In this document: positions 10,625 to 24,600 of the stretch, one piece after another | How the letters are laid out: each line of letters begins with the position of its first letter | Numbering within the stretch: position 1 is the first letter of the stretch | Source: Rhizodiscina lignyota | Lineage: Eukaryota | Assembly (NCBI GenBank): GCA_010015805.1 | Contig: ML978121.1 | Span: forward strand, 3,844,001-3,908,000 | DNA: 64,000 nucleotides | Direction: 5' to 3' | Position numbers and translations under genes: made by a program | Notes under the pieces: generated by a model | The model's input: the letters and a program-made list of their open reading frames with translations, nothing else | Told to the model about the DNA's origin: nothing | The model's database searches: none

Positions 10625-13600
10625 TTACGAACTCACACCGCTCACGTCTCGCGTCTGCCGCGCTGGTGGCGGCACATCCTCGTCTTCTGGCACAGTGTTA
10701 GACTCCCATGCCGCCCACGCAACGTCGTCTTCGTCCTCCGCACCGTGTTCCTGACCTTGCTCCTGATCCTGATCGGCGACATGTGCATGTTCATCCTTGG
10801 CTACCGCAGACGGGGTATGAGAGATCTCCTCCATGTCTCCAGCGTCTTGCTCCTCTACAGCGCCCTTGTTCTGCAGAGGTATATTTGGCGCGGCGTCTTC
10901 GTCGACATTCATCTCCATGGGACCAAAGGTCTCTTCCTCGCCCTCGTCTCCGTGTGCGCGGTCAAAGTTTTGTGCTACCTCGTGTTCGTGCGCATCGTCT
11001 GCCATATCGGGGATAGGTTCACTGGATGTGTGCTTGTCATGATCAGCATCAGCATCAGGAGCAGCGTCGACGTCAGGTATTTCGTCTGTATTCTCCTCCC
11101 ACGCGCCGTAGTCGTCATCTCCTTCATCGTCAGGGTATTCTTGAGCGGTAGGTATACGTTCGGCGTGAGGATGGTCTTGACTAGCGAGCTCATGTTCAGC
11201 GTCAGGATAAGAGGGTGTTTCGACGAGTTGCTGAGACACAGGCTTCTCCTCCTCAGCAGGTATCGCGCGCGGCGGCAACGGCGGTCTCGGCACAGGCCGT
11301 TTCTTAATCGACAACGAGAGCCTCTTCCCCAACTCTGGGCTCTGCGCCGCCGCGCCATTGACAGCAACCTCGCCTTCTCGTACATCATCTCCTTTCTCAA
11401 AACTTGGAACAGGCCTTCTCGGCAATGGCGGCGGAGATTTCGACTTCGTGTCAAGTGCCGACACATCCTTCCTCTCCTCACCTTCGTCACCCATCGTCCC
11501 CTCCCCACCATCCTGCCGATTCCCCAAATCCACCGACCCACCGCCTGCACCAGAACCCACAGGCTTCCTCCTCATTCCCATTCCCATATTCATCAACACG
11601 TTCGCACTAGCGCTCACTGCTCCCGCCCACGTCCCGCTACGCTGCGGCCCTGGAAGCGGGGTCCCCGGCGGCGGGAGTGGTTGTCCGCGGCCCATAGGTT
11701 GCAGCGGCGAGCCCGGTCCATGCGGTATAGAAGAGGTAGACGGTGTACGGGCGTGGATGTCCTTTGGTGGTGGGAGGGAGGACGGGAATTGGGGGGAGAG
11801 CGCGGAGGGGGAGAGCCCAGAGGACGGGGAAGGAGCGCGAACTTGTGTGGGACTGAAAGCGCGGAGGGAATTCGATGATGATCGGGAGCTGAGGGTTGGA
11901 ATTTTGGAGGGTGTGGGAGCGCGCGCAGGAGTGGAGGTGGAGCCTTGGGAGGAGAGTGAGTGCGTGGAGACTCGCCGTGGTATCATTGAGGGTGATGCTG
12001 ATCGCGCGAGTTCTGGCCCGCTGGGGGGAGTAGGGCCTTCTAGCGAATTTTGAGATGTCCTGTGCTCTAGACGTCCCGGTGATGGCTCTCGTGGTCCTTG
12101 CTCGACGACTTGTTTGGGAGTCGCCTCGGCTGTCTCTGGCTTTGCTGCAAGAGTAGCGGACCTGGCATTTTGTCTCGCGGCCATATAATTCAGACCCCAT
12201 TTCTTTGCCGCAGCTGCCGCAGTCCCCAGACTCTGGCGTTTGTTCGCCGTAGCATTCGCCAGCATCTTCGCTGTCGTTGTTGAGGATCGTTTGGCCGCGT
12301 TCGGACTAGACTCGTTTTCAAAGGCGCTGATAATACTTGAGCCATCGCTCGTCGCAAAGTCTGTGCTATTTGTGCGCGAATGGGGATGTGACGATACCGG
12401 ATATGACGACGTTGTGCTCTGTCGCTTCGAAGATAACGAGCTGCTTGGCCTCGCAGGCAGTTCTGGAGGGTTGGTAGGTATAATCTGACTCTCCTCTGCA
12501 GTTCCGTCCGCAGCTACGGGCTTTACTGAAATTTCGCTGAGCGCAGCAGCAGCTTTTGCCGCAGCCTCGCTGCCCGCAGCACTGACGTTTGATTTTGTAC
12601 TTCCGATACTCCCGCTCTTGCTCCTCGCCATGGCAGCCGCAGCTTGAGCCATGAACTCTGCTGCCTCTGAGGATCGCTCGAGTGACCCGACAGGACTATC
12701 TCTAGGAGAAGCTGCAAGCGAAATGGATCGACTGGGAGTCTGACTTTGCGATTGTTGTGCTGCAGTTATGTCTTTCATTGCGGCAGCTGCGGCGCCTGGC
12801 GCTGGAAGTGGTGACCCTCGACCAGACGAGCCGTTGTCGACGGTCGCATGGTCACTTGTCAGCATTGGAGAGGCTGCGCTGGGACTAGCGAAGGAGTTTG
12901 AGCGGAGAGCTTTCGGTTTATTCGTCGCTGAGGTTCCGTTGATATTTGCAGACGATGGTCGGGAGACGTTGGCATCTTTGGAAGTATCAAGCCCGCTAGA
13001 TATGCCAATGGCATCAACGGATGTTGTCGATCGTGAAGGTGGACTACGTGCAGTGAGACCTGATGGCGCAGTATTCGCAAGGAAAGGTGTGCTCGCTGAT
13101 TTGCCCCGTTCGGGGAGCATTGGAGGTATTGAGATTTCGGAGGCCCTATCATCCATCAAAGTCGGTTTCTCCTCTGTCATCTCCTCTGTGCTTTCCGCTT
13201 TGGAATCCGCCATGGATGGTGGAGGAGCCATGTGGGGGCTTGGTTTCACATCATCTGCCCACAGGCCGCCACGGAACCTCTGAAGGAACGTCTGATGGAA
13301 GGGCACATCGTCCCAATTAGGGGAAACAAGAGTCTCGCTCAAGACTTCGCGGATCCGGTTTTCTATGGCGCGCAGGATGAAGCCATATGTGATCTGCCTA
13401 TTGGAGACAAGAGGCTCAATGGAAAGCTCCATCTTTGGCGGTGTCTCGAAGGAGAACCAGATTCGATTGCTTGGCGGTGGTTTGATGCGAAACAAGACAT
13501 GACCTTCCAGCTTCTTGAGGATGACGGCAAGGAGCAGGCTGACCTCTCGTGCTTTGATGCGCGAACCAAGATCAATGCGTGCGATCGCTGCTATCTCGAG

Positions 13601-14775
13601 TCGGAATTTCCCATTGTACTTCACATCCACCTCAACGGTCACGTCTCCGTCCATAGTGAGCTCTCGAAGTTTGGGGTGAGTAATCATTGGCGCTGCGTCA
13701 CCCATGTGGATCTGGCCCACGGAAAGGCTATCCAAAAACGCTGGTTTCTGGACACGGGAGATTTTCTTGTTGATCTTTGAGCGGATGAAGTCTTCAATCT
13801 GATTGGTCTTGTAGAGGGACAGGAAGACGCGGCCGAGTAGGGCATTGAACCAACGAGTCTGCAGGTTCTCTTCGGAAGCATGGAGTTGCTGGACGAGTTT
13901 GATGAGATGGGCCTGTTCGAATTGCAGTGGGGTCGGGGGATTCTCTGGGTTGTCTGGTCTTCGCTCTTGATTCTGGAGGAGGGCATGATAGAAGTCCTCT
14001 TTGTTAGAGCAATTCTCAGAGAATAGATAGAATGGTCGTGACCCTTGCGAGACTTCTCCATACACACGCTTGCTCGTCAATCGTATGCAGTTTCGCTTCA
14101 CGAATAACTCTCCCTCTGGTATGACCTCGCCACCCCCGTACAGATCCACTCCATGGTGCGCTAGAGCAATGACGTGTCGAACTTCGAGCTGTTCTGCGTC
14201 GTCGTAGAGCATGAGATGTCCCAATCTAACAATAACATCAGTCACTATCCCCCATCTCAACGTCAGGTCTTGCATAGCATGGCATACCTGAGTACGACAT
14301 AGAACACGTTGTTCGCCCTCTTGACAGGCCTCCCTACAGTTTTTCCACCCTCTATACTTGGAGAACTCGTCTTCTTCCTGTCAAACAGACTCCTATACAT
14401 GCTCTGATACACACTCGGACTCTCCGTCGCCACCACCGACCCGGCAGGTGTCGTGCGCTCTGGCGGTTTCCCATTGACACCACCAGGCACATATTCCCTA
14501 CACACAGCAAAGTATCCCGCTGCAACATCAGGCTCGTGAACGCGCGGTTTCAGCTCTTCCGGCAAATCGGTCGGCACATCCGCCAGATCATCATCTTGCT
14601 TCGTGGAACCATCCTCGCTTAACGAGCCGTTCACGTCTCCGTTCAAGCTTGTGGACGGCGTGGACCGGTCAGGAAAGGTAAGGTGCGCGTGGAGGAGGAC
14701 GGCACATATTACGAGGGGGATGAAGGTGATGCCGCCGAGCAGGTAGGTGATGAGGAAGCCGGTGAAAGTCACCAT
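10625..14775 (-). CDS. NVJ2: PH + SMP-domain membrane-contact-site protein, Nvj2-like
   Basis: N-terminal TM (LITYLLGGITFIPL), PH-like region, SMP motifs (WFNALLGRVF, IKPPPSNRIWFSF), long low-complexity tail. Intron 14287-14226. Confidence 0.85.
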
Positions 14776-15376
14776 GGCGTCCAGAAGGGCGGAGGGCGGT
14801 CGTTCGTGGCCATTGGCACTTATGAAAGGTGGACTGGTCTACTCATGGTCCGCCTTGAGTATTAGTTGCAGGGTCTGAGCTTCTTTGAATGTCGATCAGG
14901 GTCAGATGCAAAGTGAAAGGTGTCAAGAAGGCGGTCTCAGAAAGTTGGAAGCACTCTCTTTCGACTCTAGGTTTATTTGGTTTTGGAGGTCTTGGTATGA
15001 GGACAGCTTGAGGATTATGCGAGTATTGAAGCTTCTCCATCTCCGCCCACGAATGGCACTTTCGCCCTGCGGCACCTGACATAAACGGGCTTTAGTCCGA
15101 ATGCAGTTAGCACAAGCCACTTTTAGATCATGGCCAGGACGAGAATGGAAATCATGCAACAATTTCATCACAGAGTTTGGTCAGGACAAAATGGGATTGG
15201 TCAATGTGCATTTGAGTGAACAAGTATTGATTTGGACGCCTAAAGCCCGCTAGTTCAGTGAAGGCTACCGAAGACTTTCTGTAGCCAGAACGCATGATTT
15301 CATCCGCCATTGAATGCCTCTCCTAGGCATCATCTTCATCGAGGCAAGAAGAAGACAGGGACGTTCAAGAAGATAT

Positions 15377-16189
15377 CTACTCCTCTTCCTCTTCTTCACC
15401 GCCCTCCTCCTTCTTCTCAGCTGCCTTGGCCTTCTTTCTCCTGACACGGCCAGGACGCCCACCACCGAACGGAGAAGTAAGAGCGAAGTCAATATGCTTC
15501 TGGGAGTCGAGACGGACGATGAAGGACGGGACGTTGACGATTTGCTTGCCGACACTGTTGCCATTGAACATGATTAGCTGCCGTCTCCAGCATCATTCAA
15601 ATTTGGAATGTGTGATGCACTTACCGAATATGCCTCTGCTTGATCAAGACACGAGCATGATGGATGCTCTTCGCAAGGCCAAGCTTGTACACGCACGTCT
15701 GCAGACGGCGCTCCAAGAAGTCCTCGATCTTCAGCGCGAGCACGTAATCGAGTTTCATGCGGGATTCGTCGAGCACACCGACGCGCACGAGACGGCGAAT
15801 AAGGGCGTTGCCTTCGAACAGGCGCTTGGGGTCTTTCTCATCGAGGGTGAGAAGTTGACTGCAATGGCTGGAGTCAGAACCACCATTTGAAACGACTCTG
15901 ACTGTTGAAAACCGTTCGAGGGATACATACCGGGCAGCACGTCGAATTTTCGACAGCGTCAGCTGCACGCGCCACACCTCGCGCTTGTTGCGCAGGCCAT
16001 ACTCGCCGACAGTCTTCAATTCAGAGTCCCTACATTCCAAAATCCTCTGGTCAATTACATTGTTCAACGACTTGAAGTAGGGAACAAGCCGCTACTCAGT
16101 GGCCGAGAACAGAGTTGTACGTACAGACGTGCAGACTCGAACGGGCGCCGAGGGACCTTGTAGGTCTTGCTGTAGCTCCTGGGAGCCAT
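15377..16189 (-). CDS. RPS9: 40S ribosomal protein S9 (uS4)
   Basis: [55 protein letters not shown] and [18 protein letters not shown] across three introns. Confidence 0.97.
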
Positions 16190-16456
16190 GTTGTCGGCGG
16201 ATTGAGATTGTTGTTGTGAGGAAGTCGACTTGAAGCTCGAGAGGGTGAGCGGCGATGGTTTGATGGTGGGATTTTCGGCTGTGCGGCCGGAGAAACTTGG
16301 CTTCCGACCACACCTCTGGCGGGCGATTTTGAACTGCATCTCGAAGAATCATCAAGTCGTAAACTCCACAACGCAGCGTCAGAGTCGTATGTCTAATTCG
16401 GGCTCGACCAAACGCAGATACTAACGGACATACAGTAATCCTCATCTGTCGCTACA

Positions 16457-17073
16457 ATGGGTCACTCAGCGGGTCTACGCGCAGGCACTCGCTATGCCTT
16501 CAGCAGAGGCTTCAAGCAGCGAGGAAACATCCCTCTCTCAGTCTATCTTCGACAGTACAAGTACGAGATCTGGCTGTCTATAAAATAATCATTTGAGCTA
16601 ATCAATATCCCAGAGTCGGTGACATCGTCGACGTAGTCGCAAACGGCGCCGTGCAAAAAGGGTCAGTCCCTCTATACCCACACCATCCTCTCTCCCCCAA
16701 ATTTCCCTTCGCTCCATAACCAGAATCTAACCTCCCAAATAGCATGCCCTACAAAGTCTACCACGGCAAAACCGGCGTCGTCTACAACGTCACAAAATCC
16801 GCCGTCGGTGTGATTCTGTACAGACAGGTCGGCAACCGCTACATCGAGAAGCGCGTGAACGTGCGCATCGAGCACGTTCGGCACTCGCGCAGTCGCGATG
16901 AGTTCCTTGTGCGCGTCAAGACTAATGCCGAGAAGACAAGGCTGGCGAAAGAGAAGGGCGAGAAGGTGAACCTCAAGAGGCAGCCTGCGATGCCGAGGAC
17001 TGCGAGGACGGTGAGCACAAAGGATAACTGGCCCGAGACGATCACACCAATTCCGTATGAGACGACGATTTGA
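16457..17073 (+). CDS. RPL21: 60S ribosomal protein L21 (eL21)
   Basis: MGHSAGLRAGTRYAFSR...YK|VGDIVDVVANGAVQKG|MPYKVYHGKTG...PIPYETTI. Head-to-head with RPS9. Confidence 0.97.
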
Positions 17074-17275
17074 GGTGGTGGTAGTGGTTGGGGATGGGCA
17101 GATGGGGAAGATACTGCATTTGACTCTGAGGTCACGGATCTTTTTGCTTCGGGTCTTGCGATGAGTGGATGGGCGTACTGCATGTGCCTTATACTCATAC
17201 AATGGGAATGGACAAAACTTCACAATCAAGTGCTTCGATGCGTAGTACATTTCTCGCCGTTGTCTAGCTCATGTT

Positions 17276-18172
17276 TCAGCCCTTCTCGTCATACCACTCG
17301 AATACATCATCTCCCAGGCCCCAATCCTGCGCCAATGACCGTGCGATATCCTTCCACTTGACAATCAAAGGATGCGAGTCCGCAATATCCCGGAATGTCA
17401 CGTCCTCCTTCTCTTCTTCCTTCTCCTCGTCTATCCTGCTGCTTTCTTCTCTGCCATGATGACCATCTCGGGCCCGGACATCCCACTTCCAAATGCCATC
17501 CTCATCGACATACTCCCGCCCAAACACATTCTGTAGCGAGAGATCTGCTTCCGCCTCATGCAGCAACTTCCGTAGCACTACTCGTCTCTGATTAGCGGCA
17601 TCACTCTGCTCCTGCTCCTGCACATCCCGGACTGCTTCCCCTGCGATCGACTGTGACCCTTGCTGCTCAGTGCGCGCATCCATCACTTCCACTTCTAAAT
17701 CTACCTCTTTTCTCCCTTGCAGTACTACCCCATTCGCCTTTCTCCCCTTTCCCTTCCCAAGACTGCCTCTCACAGACATGCGAGCGGGCTGAATCGCAGA
17801 GATAATCCCCTCCAGAACCCCTAGCACTGCCCCAACCCTCAACCCAGCCTCTGCACCCAGCGCGAATCCCTCGTCGAATCCCTCCTGCACGAAGCTCGCC
17901 TTAGAGGCCGACACGCCGTCCCGGTAGCCCGCGGTGGTATGCACGTAGCGTAAGCGCGGGAGGTCTGATAAGTCTTGCTGTGATGTCTCTCTTGGGATTT
18001 CTGGATTTGGCCGCTCCGATGATGACGGGTCTGAGAAGAAGACGTCGTCAAATGGGTCCTCATGGTGGGATTCTTGCTGTAGAGTAGGTTGGTCGTGGTT
18101 ATGATCCAAGCCGGCGGTGGACGACAGTGGTGGGGAAGGAGGCGGAGATGGTGCTGGTTTGAGATGTGCCAT
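17276..18172 (-). CDS. YAE1: Yae1-family protein
   Basis: LRYVHTTAGYRDGVSASKASFVQEGFDEGFALGAEAGLRVG, the Gx3 repeat motif of Yae1. Confidence 0.85.
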   Translation of the reverse strand: MAHLKPAPSPPPSPPLSSTAGLDHNHDQPTLQQESHHEDPFDDVFFSDPSSSERPNPEIPRETSQQDLSDLPRLRYVHTTAGYRDGVSASKASFVQEGFDEGFALGAEAGLRVGAVLGVLEGIISAIQPARMSVRGSLGKGKGRKANGVVLQGRKEVDLEVEVMDARTEQQGSQSIAGEAVRDVQEQEQSDAANQRRVVLRKLLHEAEADLSLQNVFGREYVDEDGIWKWDVRARDGHHGREESSRIDEEKEEEKEDVTFRDIADSHPLIVKWKDIARSLAQDWGLGDDVFEWYDEKG

Positions 18173-19211
18173 TCTTTCTTTTTACTAGAAGAAAACAAAG
18201 GAAATGGTTTGATGAAATAAAGACACCAGTGAGTCTCGCGTTGGGGCGGGTTTGAGGCACGTGGGCTTGAATATCAAGCGCCAGATCAGGCGCACACGAG
18301 CATTGTGCAAGGTGGACCTCGCGGTAACGTCAATAACCTGGACTTGTAATGAATCCAGAAGATTATCTCGTAGACTTGAATGAGAGTAGCCTTCTGTCTC
18401 TCTTGCACCGTAGCGTTGGGAATGTGCGTCGAGGAAGATATGTTTTTGGGTGAAATATCACAGTTGAATTTTGTGAAACCCAAAAATAGCTTAGAAATGG
18501 TCTATGGTCGAATATGTCCCAACTCCGCCCATGAAAAGACTAAGAGTACTAGCAGCTTGAAGTCATATAGAGAGAGAACCATATAGACTTTATATCCAGC
18601 GACTCTAATTGCAGTTGTGCAACATATATCCATCGTCAAAATAATGGTCATCATGGAGCAGGGTTAGGGTTGGGGTTAGATATTCTTTAGAGATCATATA
18701 TCTAAAAATAGCACACGCAGTTTGGACTGCGAAAACTGCTCAAAAACAGATCAAGATGTTCAGTTCTTTGTGTATTAATTTTGAACGATTTCGCTCCTTC
18801 TATTCATGCAGACCCTCTATTGTACCGCCGTATCTCTAATCATACACATGCCAATTCTCAAACGTGATTTGGAAACTGGACCGAAACTATGCCTCGAATC
18901 GGCATGACCCAAAAATGCTGAACCCTTCTCCGTGGAGGGCAATGCAGGATACCCATACGCCCTGCTCGTCATGTCCAATCGTACCATCTAATCTACCGTG
19001 CAGATCGTAACCCCGATGCAAGCGCATCGGCACGTATTATACACGCGTATCACCCCCAATTTTTGACCCATCTCTTCAGACCCCTCCAAACCTTATAACC
19101 CCCTAGCTTATATTTCCCGGCACGTGGAATGGAGCAAGACATTCCTTTTCACTGCGGCGCGCACCCAATATCCGTAGCCATATGATAGCTCAACAACTCA
19201 TGGTCGGCTAG

Positions 19212-21020
19212 TCACCGCCCGCCCTCTTTAATTCGCACCGTGTCGCCAATATGTGGAAACGTGTCGCAGAACGCAGGCCCCAAGCTCCAATTGCTCAGGT
19301 CGCGAAGGTGCGATTCGAATGCCGGGTTCATGATGTACTTCGGCTGGGTATTACCTCCGCTGGATGAATCTTCCGATGGGGTGCCGCGTGAGCGCGTCTG
19401 GGATGCGGGTGTGGTAGAGGTTTGGTGGGAGGAGGGAGGTTGGTACAATGGGTTGCGAATAACGCAGTGGTGTGCTTCGTATGGCCAGTTGAGGGAGAGG
19501 GTGGTGGTGTAGGGAATGAAGAATTGGTCGAAGGGCATGACGGTTTGGGAGTTTACGAGGCGGTCGCGCATTCGTGGCCTAAACCCACACCATCCGTTAG
19601 CTGCTTCTATTTCCTTTCCTTTCTCCTTTGAGAGAATTGAAAAAGACGGAACCCACCAAGGTAAATACGTGCACCACAATGGATACGGCGTGAACAGCTG
19701 ACACGGCCTTGGCTGCACCCACTCGGGCATCAGCTCGTAGTTCTCCCGAGTCGGATGCACCTGCCACCGCATGATCAGGAACATGATATACACCACCGCG
19801 ACCTGCTCCGGCAGGCGGCTGATATCGGGAAAGGTGCGCAGGATGTCTGTGAATAGCTTGGACAGCTCGTGCGAGTGGTGCTCGCGGCCGGGCTCGATCA
19901 GCGGATCAAAGTTTGGGTATTTCGGCCCTACGAGAGTATTGCCGTCCACGCCTTCTGCGCTGCGGCGGCGGCGCTCCGTAAGGAAGTCGCCGAGGAGGGT
20001 GTCGAGGGGGCATGTTGGGGGGAGGTAGCGGGGGAGGGTCGACCATGCTTCTCGGTGGGGAGTGTCTGATGCGATGGAACGGGGAGGATCTTGGGGTGAT
20101 AGTGGTGTGGGCTGTGTGACGGCAATGCCATTCTGCAATTGAAGGTGTCGCTGGCTGCCGTCCAGCAAGAAATCAACGCCCAGTCTTTCATCGTTTGAGT
20201 GACCGAACGGAAGGTTTGGATCGAAGTTCCCACGCTGTACGTCGTACGGGATGGTTGGAGACTCGCCCATGTGCCAATTCCGCGATTGCTGGCCTTCTGG
20301 AGAATCTACGGCGGGGCCGGATCGGCCGGTGCTGATTTGCATGGCGGAGATGGAGCCATTGTATGAGGCGGCGTCATTGATGGAGGTATGTTCGCCTAGA
20401 CCGGGTTGGATTGGGATGGCATTTCTTTCTGCGGCGGCTGCAAGTTCTACAGGGATTCATTAGCAGCTGAGCAAAGCAGTAGATACACATATGACTTTGG
20501 AAATACAGGAAATAGGACAATTGAATCCAGCGGGTCTCCGATTGACATTGGCCTCCACGAGACTATCCAAAATGAAATACACATTCTTGTCCATAGCCTC
20601 CAATTGCTTTTCCAACGCAAAGTACAACTCACCATTCAAGCCCTGCGTTCCCAGCAGAGGCTGTATAATCCCAATTACCGTCGCTAGTCTCCTCTTTATA
20701 TCCTCATTCTCGGCCTGAACAGCCTCCTTCTGCCGTACCGCCTGCTGCAAATCATGGTACGGCTGCGCACTCTCGAGCTCCCGTATCCGCGCATTCAGCG
20801 AGTCGATCTGGTTCTTTGTGCGCTCGCGAATCGCCCTCTGCGCCTCGCGGTCATTGGCCCTCTTGCGCGCGAGCTGCTCGGGCGTGAGGTTCGCGACGCC
20901 GCGAGACGAGCTGCTGGCCGCGGCCGCGGTCTTCTTGCGCTTTGGAGGTGGCGGTTGCGAGCCGTCGTTGGGACTGGCGGCTGCTGATTCTGGGTTGTCG
21001 TCGCCGTTGACGTCGGGCAT
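19212..21020 (-). CDS. bZIP transcription factor with DUF3425-type C-terminal domain
   Basis: LARKRANDREAQRAIRERTKNQIDSLNARIRELE; C-terminal PEWVQPRPCQLFTPYP...LPW|PRMRD...HLRDLSNWSLG. Spliced, start codon uncertain. Confidence 0.85.
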
Positions 21021-21422
21021 GCTGAGGCCTGGACTGGGGCCCTTTGAGCCGCACAAGACGTGGATGTGCAGCGCTGACTACGGCTGCTGCAGGGAGAGGC
21101 GGTTGGTTGATTCATGAAGGTCTGGGGAGCTTGACTCTCGGTGGAGGTGCTTGACTCGTTCCCATGACTCGTGCGGCGGAACTCTCCCGCTGCTCGCACT
21201 TCGTCCAACCTTAGCACCACTTCTCCTCCCGCGGATATCGAGTACCGGCTACAGCGAAATCTCGCGCTCGGATTTGGAAACTATGAGGAGCAGCTTCCGA
21301 GTTTCATTGCGCTTGGCAGTGCGCGCCATCATGTAGGCTTGTAGCGTCTCTCCAAAGGTAGGCCTGAATCGACTTCATCCGCTCCATTTCCTCACCTCTC
21401 AGTCGTCTCTACAGTTCTTATA

Positions 21423-22750
21423 ATGTCGGAGAAGAAAGAGTCTGTTTCGAAGCTCGGCCTGGCTGCTGTGACAGCGGGAACCCGTTCGTTTCCACTCCTC
21501 TCCTTCAGCGACAGAATACTGATCTCTTCCATTCAGTCTTTACAGCCCTCTCGCGACTACTCACATCTCCCTTCCATCCTCATGGCGCACCTACATTGTG
21601 AGAAATTTACCGAAGAAAGCAACATGTTGGCTTACAATTGCTGAACGAGGGTAGTAAACGCGATGTCATGTACGCCGCATCCCGCGCCCAACTGCGCAAT
21701 ATGACGCTCGCGCAAGAGAAACACCTCGAAGTCCCCACCGACAAAGCCTACCTCGATGTTTGCAAAGCTCGCGGCGTCCAGCCGGAAGTCATAGTTCTCT
21801 CCAATGGCAAGAAAGTCAACTGGATAGGCCGACGAAGCTCCAAATACGTCCTTGTATACCTTCATGGTGAGTTACGTCTACGCTACAGCTCCGTTTTATA
21901 TTTATCTTTGATCCTTCCATCTCCTGTAATTCGCATACATAGTATATTAATGAACAACATAGGAGGTGGATACGTCGCGCCCGCAACCCCGGGTCATTTC
22001 GCCTACCTCTCCGACCTAACCACCCTCCTCAACGCCGCCGGCCACGACATCTCCACCTGCATACTATCCTACACACTCGCACCCCAAGCGCAATATCCCA
22101 CACAACTCGCTGAAACATCTGTGCTCATCAACTTCCTCCTCAGCAACGAATCTCGGTCCGCAAATAGCCTCCTGATAGCAGGCGACTCCGCAGGCGGAAA
22201 CCTCTGTCTCGCGCTGCTGAGTCACATTCTGCACCCGCACCCCTCGGCCCAAGTTCCTAGGGTCGACCTGAAGGGTGAGAGCTTGAAAGCGACGGTGCTC
22301 ATCAGTCCGTGGGTCAGTTTCGCCGACGCCGACCACTCCTTTAAATCGAACGCGCAGACCGACGTGTTTGATGCCAAACCCTTGATACGCTGGAGTTCCG
22401 CCTGGCTCGGCCAGTCTCCCTCCTCTGGTCCACCCGTCGGCGATGAATATGCCGAGCCGCGCCGCGCCTCCGCCGACTGGTGGGAAGGTGCAGCAGAGGT
22501 GGCGGGTGATGTGCTGATTTGGGGAGGGGGCGGGGAGATCTTTGTGGATGGGATACAGGAGTTTGCGTGGAAGTTTGCGGAGGGGTATAATCGGGGCGCA
22601 GGAAAAGAAGGGAGGAAGAGAGGGAGGTGCGAGTTGGTGATTAGCCCGCGGGAGCCTCATGAGGCGCCGATTTTGGATGTTATTCTTGGGTTTAAGGAGA
22701 AGGAGCATGGGGCGAGGGCGATTGAAGGGTGGGTGCAGTCGAAGTTGTAA
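21423..22750 (+). CDS. alpha/beta hydrolase (HSL/GDXG-like esterase)
   Basis: LVYLHG|GGY oxyanion motif split by an intron, GDSAGG nucleophile elbow, LISPWV. Confidence 0.85.
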
Positions 22751-23036
22751 TGCAGTGGATGTGATATGGATTGGAAGGATGGCGACGTGATTGCAGACTT
22801 CTTGTAGTTCATGGATGCTAGCTGATATTTGGATAGTTGACTTTGTACATATGATAACTTCGCTGTTGGATACAAAGCGCCTGGAAGCTTGAGCATATCC
22901 GTCTACCATTTCTTGACTTATGGAAGCCGGGTTTCAGTGAATGCGCTGTGCAGAGCGAGACACTCATGTCCTCTTTACACAGAAGTCATAACTTCGAGGA
23001 CTTGATTCTTAGTAACGAGACTGGGGATCTAGCTCC

Positions 23037-24004
23037 TCAAGTCAACAACCTACTAACGTCCTCATACCTCCTTCTCGTCCCCTCAACAATCTCCTCCGGC
23101 ATGTTCACGCCATCCTTGCCCTTCAGCCCGCTCTTCGTCAACCAGTCTCGCAGATACTGCTTGTCGTAGCTCTCCTGTGAACGGCCAGGCTCATATTTAT
23201 CCAGCGGCCAGAACCTCGAGCTATCCGGCGTCAGGACTTCGTCAGCCACCACCACTTCTCCATTTTCGTCCTTCGCAAACTCAAACTTTGTGTCTGCAAT
23301 GATGATCCCTCTCTCCAGCGCATACGCATGCGCCGTCTCATACAGCTGCAAACTCAACTTCTCGATTTTTGCGGCGTATCCTTTACCAACCAAAGCGGCA
23401 GCTTGCGCCGGGGATATGTTCTCATCCTTGTCGCCGACTTCTGCTTTCGTGCTGGGCGTCCATATTGCTTGGTCGAAACGCTCACTCTCCTTCATGCCTG
23501 GGCGGATGGAGATCCCGTGCACGGTGCCGGACGTTTGGTATTCTTTCCACGCGCTGCCGGTGATGTAACCGCGCACAATGCTCTCCAGGGGGAACATCTC
23601 GAGTTTGCGCACGACCATGCTGCGCTGGGATAATTGCTCTGCGCGGTTTGCCTCGAGCTGGTCGCGCACGCTGGGAGGCAGACCAATTGAAATGAGGTGC
23701 GTCTTTAGACCTGGGATTTGGCGTGAGAGGTACGCAAACCAGAAGGCGCTGAGGGATGTGAGCAGGCTGCCTTTCTGGGGGATGCCATTTGATAGGATGA
23801 CATCGTAGGCGGATATGCGGTCCTGCTGAGGGTTAGGATTGTAGACAGATGGGAGGGAGGATGGAGACTGACTGTTGCTATGAAGAGGAGTGCGGAAGAG
23901 TCGAGGAGGTACACGTCTCTGACTTTGCCCTTTGCGAAGATGTCGCGGAATGGTTTCCCTTCGCCAACTAGTGCGCTATCGATGATGGCGGAGTCGGAAG
24001 ACAT
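23037..24004 (-). CDS. ADE1: SAICAR synthetase
   Basis: KGKVRDVY, ESIVRGYITGSAW, IIIADTKFEF, DEVLTPDSSRFW, SYDKQYLRDWL. One intron near 23825-23872; 3' end taken from the ORF. Confidence 0.95.
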
Positions 24005-24600
24005 GCTGAGAGAGGGGTGTGTAGATGTGTATATAGAGAAGTTTTTGGGAAATGGGCTTGGAGATAAATGATTGAAAGACTGGAGAGGTTGATGGAAGAA
24101 GGAAGGGACTCGACGGCTATATGTAGAATTTGAGTTCAACGCCGAGAAACTGTGTCCGACCTTGAACGACACCCCTCACAGACACCTAGTGCACCGTGTC
24201 GATAGGTTGCAATCGATCTGCTTTCGAATTGGATCGAAATGGTCTGAACCTTTTGGCTTCGTGATGTATGGAGTGTCTCCCTTATTTCTCACGTTGTCGT
24301 GTACAACCAAGAAGTGAAGTTGTGCCACGAGACACAGTGGCTCCGACAGTGAAGTCTCCGTAGTCGCTACAGAGTTAGTTTCAGCGAATTGATCACAGTG
24401 ATGGTGTGATCGCAGTTCGAGTTAAAAAATATCGATGTCGGCCCGATCTAATCTAATCTTTTAGATCCAGTGGCGTTCCGAGCTTGTAGGGCTGCAGGGA
24501 GCGAATGGGAGCCGACAGGAAGTTCGTTGAATAATCAAACCTTCAACATCACCATCTTCACAACCGTCTCCCTAATTCACCACCTTCAAGAACGTCCACA

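Noticed and set aside
10490..11878. 462-aa plus-strand ORF and the many other antisense ORFs over real genes
   Set aside because: Shadow frames of GC-rich coding sequence with no protein-like motifs.
15377..17073. RPS9-RPL21 head-to-head pair
   Set aside because: A known conserved arrangement in ascomycetes.
18659..18680. GGGTTAGGGTTGGGGTTAG telomere-like motif (also AACCCTAACCCT near 4973) as a telomerase RNA template or telomere
   Set aside because: Only 2-3 imperfect repeats, and no pseudoknot or other telomerase RNA element recognised nearby.
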